A DNA stretch of 64,000 nucleotides from Eledone cirrhosa (Eukaryota): NCBI GenBank assembly GCA_964016885.1, contig OZ024741.1, forward strand, positions 61,690,001 to 61,754,000, written 5' to 3'. Position 1 is the first letter of the stretch; every line of letters begins with the position of its first letter. Below the pieces are notes generated by a model, which saw only the letters and a list, made by a program, of their open reading frames with translations, was not told the DNA's origin and made no database searches. A program made the translations under genes and the position numbers. Below are positions 14,212-26,535 of this stretch, piece after piece.

Positions 14212-14560
14212 ACTGTAAAGTGGTCATGTAGGTGTCACAATAAAAAAAAACCCAGTCCACACCGTAGAGTGGCCGTGTAGGTGTCACAACAAAAAAAAAA
14301 CACCCAGTCCACACTGTAAAGTGGTCGTGTAGGTGTCACGATAAAAAAACACCCAATCCACACTGTAGAGTGGTCGTGTAGGTGTCACAACAAAAAAAAA
14401 CACCCAGTCCACACCGTAGAGTGGTCGTGTAGGTGTCACGACAAAAAGACAGCCAGTCCACACTGTAGAGTGGTCATGTAGGTGTCACGACAAAAAGACA
14501 CCCACTCCACACTGTAGAGTGGTCATGTAGGTGTCACGACAAAAAGCACCCAGTGCTCAC
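14212..14560 (+). repeat. Tandem array of 7 x ~50-bp RTE 3'-UTR units followed by RTE tail (to ~14706)
   Basis: Unit CACTGTAGAGTGGTCGTGTAGGTGTCACGACAAAAAA-CACCCAGTCCA, no unique spacers. Confidence 0.9.
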
Positions 14561-14604
14561 TATAAATGAGGTTGGTATTAGGAAGGGCATCCAGCTGTAG
14601 AAAT

Positions 14605-15179
14605 CAAGCCCAAATCAGTTCTGTATGTGCAAGATATGCCCACAATAGAACAACCCATCTAACACATGTTAGTGCGGAAGAATGGAAGTAAAACGGTGAT
14701 GATGATAATAATATTTTATTCTTGTTGCTGCTGCTGCAATATTGCATACTTTCAAGTAGTAGCCATTATCTAATTTTCTTAATACTTACTAATCAGTCAA
14801 ATCAGAAAAGACAAAAACACAAACATGCATATATGTGTGTATGTGTGTATGTGTGGTGTGTATTTATATATACATATATATGCATGTATATAAATATATA
14901 CATGCATATATATGTATATATAAATACACACCACACACATACACACATATATGCATGTTTGTGTTTTTGTCTTTTCTGATTTGACTGATTAGTAAGTATT
15001 AAGAAAATTAGATAATGGCTACTACTTGAAAGTATGCAATATTGCAGCAGCAGCAACAAGAATAAAATATTATTATCATCATCATCACCATTTTACTTCC
15101 ATTCTTCCGCACTAACATGTGTTAGATGGGTTGTTCTATTGTGGGCATATCTTGCACATACAGAACTGATTTGGGCTTG
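14605..15179. repeat. Near-perfect 575-bp palindrome
   Basis: Arms are reverse complements apart from microsatellite length and about one substitution; mirrored ORFs 14722..14979(+) and 14802..15059(-). Confidence 0.97.
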
Positions 15180-15294
15180 CATATACATGTATATATATAT
15201 ATATATATATGTTCCTATTACCCACTCTACTACCCTAAGCATTGAGTACTTTGGTGCGTTATGGTCCATCTGGTTCCTTACCACATTTCCTTCG

Positions 15295-15344
<50 letters not shown>

Positions 15345-15597
15345 ATATATATATATGTTGGTACCACAGAACATGCAGTCCGCATAAAAGTGGTTGTGTA
15401 GGAGACCGTAAAAAGGCGCCCGGTCCACGCTGTAAAGTGGTTGGTGTTAGGAAGGGCAGCCAGTCATAGAACACCTGCCAGATACAGTCCTATATGAGCG
15501 AGACACGGTTACCCGATTAATCTTGCCTCAAGTGAGACAACTCCCGTCTAACCCATGCTAGCATGGAAGATAGACGTTAAACGATGATGATGATGAT

Positions 15598-15631
<34 letters not shown>

Positions 15632-15726
15632 CTTATACATATATATATATACATATACATACATATATATACATATATATACATATATATACATATATAT
15701 ATATATATATACATACATATATATAC

Positions 15727-15771
<45 letters not shown>

Positions 15772-15806
15772 CATACATATATATATATATATATACATAT
15801 ACATAC

Positions 15807-15903
<97 letters not shown>

Positions 15904-15951
15904 CATACATATATATATATATATATATACATACATATACATACTTATATA

Positions 15952-17937
15952 TCATCATCATCGTTTAACATCTATCATGCAAATCACGTGACCATACCAA
16001 CGTAGTCTTCTCTCGAGTAAACAGCATCTGATCCCTCTTATTCCTAATTTCTCACTTAGTTCATTTATGCTTTGCCGTTCACGTATATTACTATTACACA
16101 TCCAGCGGAGCATGCATGCTTTGTTTCTCTCCAGTCTGGGCAGATCCTCTGCACACAATGCCCATGTCTCACTGCCATGTAACATTGCTGTTCGTATGCA
16201 GGCATCATACAGTTGCCTTTCATTTTTAGAGAGAACCCTTTAGCGGCCAATAGTGGTATAAGCTCTCTGAACTTTTTCCATCCCGTTCTGACTCTAGCTA
16301 CTGCACTTTCAGAGCACCCTTCCCCACTGCTGATTTTGTCACCCAGGTAACGGAAGGTGTCCACTATTTCTATAGAACCATCTGGGCAATGGAAGGAGCT
16401 AGTTAGTATCCTATGGGCACATGCTACTATTTATTGCACCTGAGCACTGGCCACATATAAAATCTATATTCTTAGTTAGCTTACCTGTGATCCCACTACA
16501 TCTTTTATGCACCCATACTTTGCATTTGGGACATAAAATGGAGTTTCTGCCTACTCCTTTCCTACACACTGAGAATGGCCATTTCCCAGAGGGGACGAGA
16601 GCCCTATTTTCCTTCCTACATACTAGAACTTTAGTCTTAGACAAGTTAATTTTAAGGCCTTTTGTTTGTAAGCCATGCTTCCATGTTTTAATTTCTTCTC
16701 TAGTTCAGCCATTGATTCAACTATGAGCGTTAGATCATCTGCATATAGAAGTTCCCATGGGCAGCCAGTCTTGAACTCTTCTGTTATAGCCTGAAAGGCA
16801 ATAATAAAAAGGAGAGGGCTAAGGACAGAGCCCTGATGAACACCAGCTTTTACGCTAAATTCTTCACTATATCGTTGTTAATTCTAACCTTGCTGACTGT
16901 TTCTTTATACATGGCTTGTATAGCTCTGACAAGCCATTCATCAACACCTAGTTTTCTAAGAGCCCACCAGATAATGGAGCGGGGGACTCTGTCAAAGGCT
17001 TTCTCAAAGTCAACAAAAGCTAAGTATAGGGGTTTACTTTTAGCTAGGTACTTCTCCTGTAGTTATCGTACAAGGAAAAGAGCGTCTGTAGTACTTTTAC
17101 CTGACACAAACCCAAACTGCATTTCATCTAGATCAATTCGCTCTCTGATTAGTTGTGCTATAACTTTTTCTGTGACCTTCATGACCTGGTCAATTAATTT
17201 AATGCCTCTATAGTTTCCCCTATCTAGGGCATCTCCTTTACCCTTGTAGCAGTTAATGATGCTGATGCTGCTACGCCAGTCATTTGGTATGACCCCATTC
17301 TGTATGACTTGGTTTACTATCCAGGTGACCATAGTGTGTCCCACCGTTCCAGATGCTTTCAGCATTTCAGCAACTATCTCCGAAGGCCCAGCTGCCTTGC
17401 CTGTCTTCATATCTTTGATTGCCTTACTTATTATACTACCTTCAACTTGCACTGCTGGTCCCTTTATTGGATCGATGTGGGGCAGACTATCTTTGTCCCA
17501 TTTATTCTCCTCATTTAGTAGCCTCTCGTAGTGACACTTCCAAGCTACCTTCTTATCAGCGTCAGTGATGGCAAGTACACCATCATCATTACGGACACAT
17601 TCCTCCCCGACAATATCACGGTTTTCCTTGACACATTGCCTAGCAATCCTGAACACCTCACGTTTTTGGTCCTCGCGTTGTAGAACATGCTTGAACTTTC
17701 TTTCCTCTGCTTCACTTCTTGCAAAGTACACTTGTCTCCTAGCTTCACTTGATAGTCTTCTCTACTTCCCCCATCCCACCATACTTTCCAAGCCTGCTTT
17801 TTGGCCTTGATTGACTCCTCCACCTTACTGTTCCATCACCACGTTACTCTCCTCCTGCCTATAGGTCTGATCCAGCCACAGATTTCATCTATCGCCTTCA
17901 GCTGGTTAGCTTTCATGAATTCCCACTTTTCCTCTAT
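15952..17937 (-). mobile_element. RTE LINE subfamily A internal fragment (RT domain, frameshifted)
   Basis: KAAGPSEI..NYRGIKL..QFGF..STTDA; LYADDL region; CxxC knuckle; FRYLGD. Confidence 0.92.
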
Positions 17938-18061
17938 ACATATACATATATATATACAATATATACATATATACACATATACATATATATATATACACAT
18001 ATACATACATATATATATACACACACACACACACATATACACATATATATATATGATTATC

Positions 18062-18452
18062 CCAAAACGTTTCATGTTTAAAAACCCATCAATCTCCATT
18101 GATCTCCATGTGTCTAACACACATGGACATGCCTACAAAATCAGAAAACAGCACAGCTCCCATGACTTTCGGAAATATTTTTTCACGCTCAGAGTTGCTA
18201 AAGCATGGAACAAACTGCCTGCGTCAGTTGTTAGCTGCCGAGACACTGCCTCCTTTCAAAAACCCTCATGCTTCCCGAAATTTGCCAAAACTACACCTGA
18301 TGTACCCCTTCCATACACATGCACACGTGTATATCATGACTCATGCACTGTCCATTTTCCTGGCATTTGTACATAACCCTATGTACTATACATACACTTT
18401 TTGATGAGTTGTAGTGCACCTGAGCACTGTACACAATATGTCATTATTATTA
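18062..18452 (+). mobile_element. CR1/L2-type LINE 3' end
   Basis: THGHAYKIRK....FRKYFFTLRVAKAWNKLPASVV...F C-terminal signature, 3' UTR and (ATT)n tail. Confidence 0.75.
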
Positions 18453-18566
18453 TGAGTTCAAATCCTGCTGAGGTTGACTTTGCCTTTCATCCTTACGGGG
18501 TCGATAAAATAAAGTACCAGTAATGCACTGGGTAATTGCTGGCCTTGTGCCTAAAGTAGAAACAAT
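18453..18566 (+). mobile_element. 5'-truncated short SINE
   Basis: B-box plus core, matches 3031-3134. Confidence 0.85.
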
Positions 18567-18721
18567 TATTATTATTATTATCAAGGGAGTATCCCTGTGA
18601 ATATATATATATATATTTGAAATGTGTGCATCCCAATCCAAATGTTGATAACAATAATAGTTAACCCCTATAAATAATAATTGAGAAAATGAAGTAAAGT
18701 ACACAAGAAAAAAGAAAATAA

Positions 18722-18792
18722 AGCATACAAGGAAGCAAACCTTGCATTTCTCAAATACGAGATGAGCGTGTTAACCACTATACTAATAAGCT
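18722..18792 (-). pseudogene. Degenerate tRNA-like sequence (pseudo-tRNA or isolated SINE head)
   Basis: Minus strand: TAGTATAGTGGTTAACAC D-arm, CTCA..CTCGTAT..TGAG anticodon arm, CAAGG-TTTGCTT-CCTTG T-arm; B-box and acceptor stem damaged. Confidence 0.5.
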
Positions 18793-19533
18793 ACTGGCCA
18801 CAAACTTACCTTGGCGTACACATATTTCCAATTCCCTCAATGCTGCTGAGAGTCAAATGTTGTTTACATGTGTATGCTATATACACTTGTGAATAAGGTG
18901 ATCTGAATAATTATAATCCCAATATTAGTTTATGTCTGAGAAATTACGCAAAAGTCAAAACCCTGTGTTTGAACTGAGGCAGCTTATCAACACAATCTGT
19001 TTAGATGGTATGGTTTTGTAAATTTACAAGAGTGGTGAATATTTTTAGGAAGTATTAATATTTTGCTATCGAAACTGTTTTGAATGTAATTTAAAGTGTA
19101 ATTTTTATTTCACAACTTCATGACATAAGGATTTTTTTTACCATTTCATCAATTTTATAAAGTTTTAACAGGTTTCTCCAATTTGTGTTTAGTTCTTTTT
19201 AGCAGACAACAATGGCACCATCTTCCAAATGTAACAGATTTTTATTTAAGATATAAATCGAATGAAACATGTGCCTTAAAAAATTTATAAGCCTTTTAAT
19301 GTTCTACAAGTAGATCCATTATTGTGAAGTTATTAAAGCTTTATAAAGTGCATTAAATAACTTGTGTGAAAAAAATAACTGATATATAAAATTCACAGAA
19401 TAATAAAAAAAAAAACAAATGCTTAATTTACATTATCTTCAATAAATATGTATAAAATATGAATACTATAAACATGTATATGAACGCACACACACACAAA
19501 CATATATAGATATATAAGTAAATACACACATAT

Positions 19534-20111
19534 ATCATCATCAACGTTTCACCTCCGTTCTTCCACGATAGCATGGGTTAGACGGGTTGTCCTGTTGTGG
19601 GCAGTGTCCGGTCGGCTGACCTTGTCTTGCTCATACAGGAACTGATTCTGGCTGGAATTCTACAGCTGGATGCCCTTCCTAACACCAACCTCATTTACAG
19701 TGAGTGCTTGGTGCTTTTTTCCCGTGGCGCCTACATGTCCACTTTACAGTGCAGACTGGGTGCTTTTTTTCCATGGCACCTCCAAGACCACTTTCCAGGA
19801 GGGGGTGGGGGAATATTGTCCATATGCTTCAGCTTCAGCTTGTACCCGTGGGGAGTCGGGGCTTCTGTATTACTGCGTGACGCCAGAGGTCACGGTCGTG
19901 TGTCATCGCCTTTTGAGAGGTGCAATTGGGTAAAGTCGGCTTTTATCACCTCATGCCAGGTCTTCTTGGGTTCCCCAACTCCGCGGTTTCCATCGACTTC
20001 TAGTGCTCTGCACCTTTTTATGCAGCTGTCATCCTTCATACGCATCACATGTCCATAGCAACGCAACCGCCTCTCCTGCACACAGCATTTCATTCCTCTT
20101 ATGCTCAGTCT
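19534..20111 (-). mobile_element. RTE LINE subfamily B 3' end
   Basis: QERRLRCYGHVMRM..GEPKKTW plus subfamily B 3' UTR. Confidence 0.9.
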
Positions 20112-20177
20112 ATATATATATATAAATACATACATGTATATACATATATATACATACATATATATATATATATATAA

Positions 20178-21428
20178 ATGGCCTGTAGCCTTTGATGGAA
20201 AAATAGACAGAGACAGAGTCAGCATGGTAGAGGAAAAGAAAGGGTCTCAAAGTCAACATGGCAAAGACTAAGGTCCTTGTAAGTAGACGAGAAAACAGAA
20301 CCCAGATCCCCTCAGGGAAATGGCCTTGCTCAGTATATAGGAAAGGTGTAGGTAGGAACTCCATTCTCTGCCCCAAATGCAAACAATAGGTACACAAGAG
20401 ATGTGGCGGCATCTCAGGAAGCTTAATTAAGAATGTAGGCTTCACATGCAGCAGCTGTGCTGGGATAGCAAGCAGCAAACAGCCACAGGAAACAAGTACC
20501 ACCAATCTCTGGGAGGGCTCTGTAGAAACAGTAGACAGCTTCTGCTACCTAGGTGACCAAATTAGCAGCGGAGGTGGGTGTTCAGAAAGTACAATAACTA
20601 GGGTAAGAACGGGATGGAAGAAGTTTAGGGAACTACTACCACTGCTAGCTGCAAAAGGCTTCTCCCTCAAAATGAAAGGCAGACTGTATGATGTGTGTAT
20701 CCGAACAGCGATGTTGCATGGTAGTGAGACCTGGGCGCTGAAAGTGGAAGACTTACGTAGATTAGAGAGAAACAAAGCCTGCATGCTCCGATGGATGTGT
20801 AATAGTAATATACGCGAACAACAAAGCATAAATGAATTGAGAGAGAGACTGAGCATAAGAGGAATCAAATGCTGTGTGCAGGAGAGGCGGTTGCGTTGGT
20901 ATGGACATGTGATGCATATGAAGGATGACAGCTGCATAAAAAGGTGCAGAGCACTAGAAGTCGATGGAAACCGCGGAGTGGGGAGACCCAAGATGACCTG
21001 GGATGAGGTGATAAAAGCCGACCTTACCCAATTACACCTCTCAAAGGCGATGACACACGACCGTGACCTCTGGCGTCACGCAGTAATACAGAGTACCCGA
21101 CCTCCCATGGGTACAAGCTGAAGCATATAGACAATATTCCCCCACACCCCCCACTGCAAGGTGGTCGTGGAGGTGCCACGGCAAAAAAGCACCCAGCCCA
21201 CACTGTAAAGTGGACGTGTAGGCGCCACGAAAAAGCACCCAGCACTCACTGTAAATGAGGTTGGTGTTAGGAAGGGCATCCAGCTGTAGAAATCAAGCCA
21301 AATCAGTTCCTGTATGAGCAAGGCATGGTCAGCCGACCAGACACTGCCCACAACAGGACAACCCGTCTAACCCATGCTAGCGTGGAAGAACAGACATAAA
21401 ACGGTGATGATGATGATGATGATGATGA
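20178..21428 (+). mobile_element. RTE LINE subfamily B, 5'-truncated
   Basis: ORF 20672-21121 and upstream Cys knuckle; (GAT)n tail. Confidence 0.92.
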
Positions 21429-21455
21429 TAAATACATACATATATATACGTATGT

Positions 21456-22136
21456 ATCATCATCATCATCATCATCAACGTTTAACGTCCGTGTTCCACG
21501 CTTGCATGGGTTTGGACGGGGGTTTTCCCACTTGAGGCAAGAGTGATTGTCTTGCTCGCATAGGACTGTCTGGCAGGTTTTCTACAGTTGGATGCCTTTC
21601 CTAACACCAACCACATTTACAGTGTGGGTCTGGAAGGTTTTTACCATGTTGCCTACACGGCCACATTACAGCGTGGACTGTGTGTTTTTTTGTCGTGACA
21701 CCTACACGATCTCATTTGTTTCGCCCTGGATGGTGTGGCACCAACACAACTTTACATAGAAGGGGGCGGTGTGGATGGGGTGGGGGTGGTGGGACGGGGG
21801 TGTATTTTGTTACTGACTGTAGTAGGTTTTACTTTGTATTCAGGTAAGGCGGGTCTTCTCTATTACTGAGTACCGCCAAAGGTCTCGGTCCAGTGACATT
21901 GTCTTGGTGAGGTGTAAGTGTGTGAGGTCGGAGTTTATCAGCTCGTCCCAGGTTTTTCTGGGTCTGCCTATTCCGTGGCTACCGTCTATCTTTATTGCCC
22001 TGCACTTTGTTATACAGCTATCGTCCTTCATGCGCATCACGTGACCATACCAACGTAGCCTTCTCTCTAGTAAACAACATCTGATCCCTCTTATTTCTAA
22101 TTTTTTCCTTAGTTCGTTTATGCTTTGTCGTTCACA
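21456..22136 (-). mobile_element. RTE LINE subfamily A 3' end
   Basis: ORF 21840-22040 plus subfamily A 3' UTR. Confidence 0.9.
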
Positions 22137-22279
22137 TATATATGTATATATATATATATAGATACATCTATGTACATATATATATATGCAATATATGTAT
22201 ATATATATATATATATATTAGAAAGTGAGGTTTTTTTTACAAAATGAAAAATAACCGAGGTGTCCTACACGAGTGAAAG

Positions 22280-22532
22280 TATAAAGAAAAAGAGATGAAA
22301 TCGAAAATGCAACTGGAGTCTTATTTTTTTAAAAAATATATATTTATTTGGTTCCTTTACCGGTTTCGTAGTTCTTCTGCTTTTCAAAGAGAAAAACCAC
22401 AGACCCTCCATCTCAACTCACCTTTTGAAAAGCAGAAGAACTGCGAAACCGGTAAAGGAACCAAATAAATATACATTTAAAAAAAAAATAAGACTCCAGT
22501 TGCATTTTCGATTTCATCTCTTTTTCTTTATA
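22280..22532. mobile_element. Penelope-like fold-back element with variant hammerhead
   Basis: ~110-bp inverted arms; CCTT-TTGAAAA-GCAG(AAGAA)CTGC-GAAA-CCGG-TA-AAGG at 22421-22458. Confidence 0.72.
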
Positions 22533-23694
22533 TATATATTGATTTATTGATATTTTATCTGAGCGTCCCGAATCTTCCATATCGCAATTTTTCGGTCGTA
22601 TGGTTGATTGTAGACATGTTCTATGTGTGACGGTATTTTAACGATAGTTATAGCTCTGATTTATCTGAATTATTGAGCCCTCTGCCGCTCATTTCGAATT
22701 TTGTTTATCGTGAACTCGTGCGCCGATTTTTCGATACTCGATTATTCTACTATATATATATATATATATACAGAAGCACTATATATCTTTTTTTTTTTCA
22801 CATTGCCAATCTGAAGAGCATATCAATACTGGAGTCAGGTCCATAAATCCTATGGGTGACCTTGAGCAAAATCATTGTGAAACACGTGTGTAACAGGTCG
22901 ATACACAATAAAAAATCTTATACATGTAAACGAAACATCCTTGTTTGTTCTAATATGCATATATATATATATGCATGCACACACACATATATGCCTGCGC
23001 GCACACACACACACATATACATATATGTATGTGTGATTTGTTTTACCATATCATCAGTTTTATAAAGTTTCAACAAGTTTCTCTCATTTTTGTTAACTTG
23101 CTTTTAGCAGACAATAATATATATATATAGTCTGTTTACATTTATGTGGTCCTAAGTGTGTGAGTGTATGTTACTATCTAGAACTGTACAACATTGCACT
23201 GCTCTCATCTTAATTTGTTTCCTCGCAACTTCAGTAACATTGCATATATTGCAAATATATTTTCCAAATGTGTGCATTACAAATACGATATAAGTTTTTT
23301 AAATATTGTCATTTTCACTCATAGAAATCACTCAAGATACATGGGCACTATTTTTTAGTGTAGATAGTTGTTGAAAATCAGCAAAATATTGTCCTCAAGA
23401 ATAAGTCTACACCCATTTTAGCAATGATTTTTTTGGGTCACATATGTCTCCACTTATACATGGTATATATACATATATACAAATCATACATATCTTGATC
23501 GTTTTTACGTCCGCTTTTCCATGTTTGCATACATATATATATATATGCATAGGTATATAAACAGTCTGCGGTGCTGAGATTGGTGACACCACAAATCATG
23601 GGAGTACTCAATGCTTGGGGAGATGCAGAGTGGATATAGAGAAAGGTATAAACCCAATCACAATGCCAATGCAGTCAGCTTTATACCTTTATAT

Positions 23695-23735
<41 letters not shown>

Positions 23736-24075
23736 TGAATATCACCATTGGTGGTAGGTTTTACATCAGTTTTACAAGTTATCATGGGTTAGTTGGGTTG
23801 TGACATTCTGAGACTAGACAGTGCAAATGACCATATCTTGCTCATAAATTAATTTTGATATGGTTTCTATGTTTCCCAATGTCAACCACTTTACAGCATG
23901 TGCTGGTTCATTTTATCATGACACCAGCACTACCACATTAGTGTAGACTGAGAGAAAAAAATGTACCCAGCCCATTCTATAAAGTAATAGTGCTGATGTC
24001 ACAATAAAATGCACACAGTACACACTATAAAGTGGTTGGTGTTGGGTAGGGAATCCAACCATAAAGCACTGATGC

Positions 24076-24125
<50 letters not shown>

Positions 24126-24134
<9 letters not shown>

Positions 24135-24995
24135 CAATAATCAAAGTTCAGTTTAAGTCATTTATTCGCATACATCTGTATGATATACAGTCTCGGATGC
24201 AGGGAAACACCAAAATATCAAAAACTTTCAACATACTATAAACCTTATTGTATCGTAGGCAAAGCCGTACCACTGTCTTCGCTCACACCACCACTCACAT
24301 AATCCATGAGACACAATATATAGAACACGTGTCTATCGTGAATTATACGATAGACACGTGTTCTATATATTGCGTCTCATGGATTAAGTGAGTGGTGGTG
24401 TGAGCGAAGACAGTGGTACGGCTTTGCCTACGATACAATAAGGTTTATAGTATGTTGAAAGTTTTTGATATTTTGGTGTTTCCCTGCATCCGAGACTGTA
24501 TATCATACAGATGTATGCGAATAAATGACTTAATAATTCAGCCCACATAATAAGATCGATTGCCTGCTTCAACTGCCTGACCCTGCAAATATCATTCTGA
24601 CGCACTCTAATCATGTATAAATAAGACACGCGTGCATGCTACACGTGAGATTGTTTCATACACTGACTACTCTAAACTTTCCTCTTGCTTTATCTTCATA
24701 GACTGCCAACGCTTCATATTTATCTTTATTTTCATTTTTGTTTTTATTTTTATTTTTATTTTTATTTTTATCCTGTAACCTTTATATGTAAATTGCCATG
24801 CTATATCATTTGATGAATGTCACCCCACTGTTGATCAATATGCGTATATGTTTTATATGTCTCTTGGGTTGAAAAGGAGGTCAAGTATGTTATAGTTCAG
24901 TAAATAGTTGCTCCGAAGAATCCAAACCTCGGTTTGGAGGAAACAATTGTAAGGAAATAAATGACTTAAACTGAACTTTGATTATTGTAATCTCT
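24126..24995 (+). mobile_element. Penelope-like remnant with nested palindrome and hammerhead-like motif
   Basis: 40-bp outer IR (24126-24166 / 24956-24995), 381-bp inner palindrome 24153-24533, HHR-like motif 24911-24953. Confidence 0.68.
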
Positions 24996-25162
24996 ATATA
25001 ACTGCTTTGTAAAAGAACTGATGTTATTACATTGAGCTATTTATCTTACTGGTAATAGGATAGTAATTAATGACTATCTTTCACTATTTAAGGTTTGTAT
25101 AAATAATATATTACCATTAAAGGTTTTATTACATACATAACCATAAATAGTATCCTTAATAC

Positions 25163-25194
<32 letters not shown>

Positions 25195-25799
25195 CACCAG
25201 AATACTTTATATGCGCACACACACACTATAGGGTCCTCTGTATATCTTTATAGATCATGCATCCCCACCTGGGAAGGTCCTCTCCAAAACGCAGACCTGA
25301 GCAAGATATCTTCTTCATGAAACACCACCAGTTGCTCATGTTTACAAATCTCTGATTTCTATGTTGCCAATCAATGTTGTCCATAGGAAAGGCAAAGACC
25401 AATACATGTTATGACAATACAATTTAATAATACTTATTATATTAATATAATGCAAACAGAATTAATACAATTTAACACATTTTATGATAATTATTCTAAA
25501 TTGCATTATTAAGAAAATAATTCAATTAATAATTGAATCTGAATTGGATAATAACAAACATTTACAAGGGTGCTTTGCATTCTTCTGTGTGATGGCAGAT
25601 GAGTATCGATTGCAAATCTTAATTATCCAAAATTACATTAAATTCCACTGATTTTGAATTGTATTATGTCGAAATAATACGTATTAAATTGTATTAAATT
25701 TTATTGAATTTTGATTCACATTATTTCTCTCTATTTTGGTTGAAATTTGAATTTCAGTATTGCTTCACGCACAAATATTGAAAAATTTGATTGGACTTC

Positions 25800-26535
25800 C
25801 TCTTTTACTGGTTTCTGTCATTAAACCATAGTGAGGTCATACTGGTGCCACATAAATGTAAACAGACTATATATATATATATATATATATATACATAATG
25901 TTGAAACTTTATAAAACTGATGAAATGGTAAAAAATCATTATATACATATAGGAGGCCATACTGGGGCAATGTGGAACTCATACTGAGGACATGTTGAAG
26001 TCAAAATGAGGTCATACTAAGGCCATGTTGAGGACATACTGCCATATTGAGGCAATACTTAGGCCATGTTGAGGTCATACTGAAGCCATATTAAGGCCAT
26101 ACTGAGTTCATGTTTAGGTTATGCTGGGGCCATACAGAAACCATACAGAGGCTATACTAAGGCAATGTAGAAGGCATATGGAGACCATACTGGGGCCATA
26201 CTGAGGCCATTTATAAGCGATATGGAGACCATAATGAAGCCATACTGGAGTCATACTGCAGCCATTTTGAGGCCATATAGAGACAATGCTGAGGCCATAC
26301 CAAGGTGCCACTTTTAAGGCTTTAGTCAATCACATTTACTACCAGTATATATTTTATTCTAAGTCTGATCTTTATTTCAGCAATCTCAATTTGCCAAAAT
26401 GATAAGTTACAAGACTTAAACAATCAACAAGTGCCTGTTGTTAAGTGGTGTAGACGTAAACACACACATACACAGACACATATACAACAGGTTTCCACAG
26501 AGTTTCCATCTACTTAATTTCACTTACAAGGCATT
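25800..26535 (-). mobile_element. Old long SINE containing an expanded ~10-11-bp GAGGCCATACT minisatellite (25953-26300)
   Basis: Flanks match 970-1135 and 1670-1720; the repeat unit resembles the SINE's own GACCATGGTG segment. Confidence 0.6.

Noticed and set aside
14212-14560. CRISPR-like regular repeats with hairpins
   Set aside because: No unique spacers; the unit derives from an RTE 3' UTR; eukaryotic context with no cas genes.
20545-20991. Repeated antisense ORFs over RTE copies (also 52573-53688, 46249-46917)
   Set aside because: Shadow frames of the RT coding strand; no independent motif.
25899-25938. GAAAC...CTGATGA string in a 3-copy repeat (also ~19135, ~23042)
   Set aside because: Stems cannot be formed for any hammerhead topology.
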